DNA of 64,000 nucleotides from Octopus sinensis. Taxonomy: Eukaryota. The notes under the pieces are model-generated. The model was given only the letters and a program-made list of their open reading frames with translations, was not told the origin of the DNA and ran no database searches. Location: the NCBI RefSeq assembly GCF_006345805.1, contig NC_043016.1, positions 6,696,001-6,760,000 on the forward strand. The letters run 5' to 3'. Each line of letters opens with the position of its first letter. Position 1 is the stretch's first letter. Position numbers and translations under genes: made by a program. This document shows, one piece after another, positions 61,880 to 64,000 of the stretch.

Positions 61880-62373
61880 AGTAATGGAAAAGGAACATTA
61901 CAAAATATTCTGTGATTTTAGCATACAGTGCTACCAAGTCAAAGAGGCGATAGGGCTAGATATCGTGATCATCCATGAAGATGAAAAATAAGCAAAAATA
62001 TTAGATGTTGCAATAGCAGGCGATTCGAGGGTGAAATGTAAGGAAACAGAAAATAGTGAGAAATACCAGCCACTGCGGGACGAGATAGGAAAGTTATGGA
62101 ACATGAGGAAAGTAATGGTGATACCAGTGGTAACTGGGGCATTAGGAACACTTTCCAAGAGCTTTGAAAAACATATTAAAAATATTGGAGCTGCTGTCAG
62201 GCTCGAAGTGATCCAGCAGACAGAATTGTTGGCTACACCTGGCATTCTAAGGAAAGTATTGTCTCTTTGAGTCACGGGAGAAGGCACTACTTGAAACCTT
62301 TGGTGATTTGTTATTGACTGCTTTCAAGTAAAGAATAACCGGTAATTAAGAACTATCCGAGAGTCTTTCAGTA

Positions 62374-62375
<2 letters not shown>
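61880..62375 (+). mobile_element. R4/Dong-like RLE fragment ending in (TAG)n (62374-62430)
   Basis: LDVAIAGDSRVKCKETENSEKYQPLRDEIGKLWNMRKVMVIPVVTGALG..LLATPGILRKVLSL*. Confidence 0.9.
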
Positions 62376-62422
<47 letters not shown>

Positions 62423-62469
62423 TGCAGTAGTAATGATAATGATAACGATTCTATGTAGTGAAAAGATTA

Positions 62470-64000
62470 TAAAACAACAACATTCTCACAAAAAGCCGAC
62501 TTGGCAAGAGCGTATTCAACACCAAATCCAGCAACTTAGGTTTGACATAGAATGTTTAAAAAAAACTTTAAGTTTGTCAAGAGTATCAAACCAACAAAAA
62601 TCTGAAAATTAAAGAAAAAATATAATAGGAAAACTATATTTGACACCGATACCTCCATAGAAACCATCAAGCAAAAGGTAAGTGCTAAAGCTGCCCGTAT
62701 AGCAAGGTATGAAACCCGCGTTAGATTCTTCAAGGACAACAACATGTTCAAAAATAACTAAAAAGAAATTTTACAGGAAGATAGGGAAAATACCAGTTAC
62801 AGTAAAGTCTACCTCATCAAAAGAAGAGGTGTAGGAATTTTGGAATAAAATTTGGGCAGAAGAAAAACCACACAATGAAAACGTCTCTTGGATTGAAAGA
62901 ATATCTACATATTTAAACTCCTTAGAAGAGCAAAAGTGGGATGGTGTCAAGGAAGCGTATGTAAGATCTGCGCTCAAGAAGTCAAGCAAATGGAAGTCTC
63001 CAGAAAAGGATAAAATTCCTAACTTCTGGCTGAATGGCTTCCCAGAAAGTCATGAGCCGCTAACAAAACTTTACAACAATGTTTCACAACAGCCTAGTAT
63101 GATTCCCTCTTGGCTAGTTAATGGTGTAACATTCCTACTTCGAAAAACTGAAGAAACAAATGAACTAAAAAATTATAGACCCATAACCTGCTTAACAACA
63201 ATGTATAAAATACTAACATCTGTCTTGATTGAATATACCTATAGTATACCTAAAAGTGGCATATTCCCTAATGAGCAAAAAGGATGTAAACGTGGGTCAT
63301 TTGATTGTAAAGATCAGCTGCTCACCAATAAGATGATCTTGGAAGATTGTCACAAACGACACAAAACTAGCCGATAGCCTGGATAGACTATAAAAAAACT
63401 TTTGATAGCCTACCACATAGCTGGATTATGAAATGTCCGGAAATGTATAAAATAGCGCCTACTCTGCGAAACTTTTTGTCTGTAAGTATGAGATCATAGA
63501 AAACAACACTGATTTTGAACAGTGACAATGAATCTCTCAATGCTGGAGATGTAAGAATGTCATGTGGCATTTCCCAGGGTGACTCTCTATCACTCCTCCT
63601 CTTTTGTCAAGCCTTAATACCTCTCTCAAAATTATTCGATGATGTACAATATAGCTATAAAATGTTTGGTAAAAATATAAATCATCTCATTTACATGGAT
63701 GATTTAAAGCTCTTTGCAAAAAATGACCAACAACTACAGGGCTACCTAGCGATTGTTTAACAATTCAGTGATGACATCAGGATGCAATTTGGCTTCGATA
63801 AATGTGCAAAAACTACCTTTATCAAAGGACAAATGACAGAAACATTCAACGTTAATCTTTAACAGCAGAATGTCATAAAAGAGTTAGAACCAGTGGAGAG
63901 CTACAAATACCTAGGGGTATTTGAAGGGGATGGAATCAAGCATTCAATGATAAAGGGAAAGATCAGAAAATAATTATATCTTAGGGCAAGAGCAATACTC
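62470..64000 (+). pseudogene. R4/Dong-like reverse transcriptase remnant, runs off the window end
   Basis: KNYRPITCLTTMYKILT, EQKGCKRGS..KDQLL, WIDYKK.FDSLPHSWI, GISQGDSLS, INHLIYMDDLKLFAKN, MQFGFDKCA, YKYLG. Confidence 0.93.

Overview
Repeat-saturated, AT-rich eukaryotic DNA with one 100-N gap (37581-37680). The source is inferred to be a coleoid cephalopod, probably Octopus, from the microsatellite load and SINE families recognised from memory; no search was run. No host protein-coding gene is supported: every long ORF is a transposon remnant or a microsatellite artefact. Contents: (i) a head-to-tail array of seven L1/Tx1-clade LINE copies at 1-13726, each ending at the same 3' motif followed by (TCTA)n; (ii) a related Tx1 lineage ending in (TTA)n; (iii) many R4/Dong-like (RT + restriction-like endonuclease) fragments in (TAA)n; (iv) CR1/L2-group, RTE and Penelope-like (GIY-YIG) remnants; (v) Helitron, Gypsy, mariner, Merlin and MITE remnants; (vi) several tRNA-derived SINE families; (vii) type I hammerhead-ribozyme motifs, two with complete cores (21080-21125 and 34464-34548, both minus strand); (viii) several long inverted repeats. 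Best candidates for something new: a GATA-microsatellite-targeting Tx1 family that builds its own tandem array, with a sister lineage on (TTA)n and a SINE carrying the Tx1 3' tail; a canonical hammerhead with a built-in antisense blocker inside a 317-bp duplication; and a tRNA-headed element with a hammerhead-type tail. All boundaries were read by eye and are approximate unless junctions are quoted.
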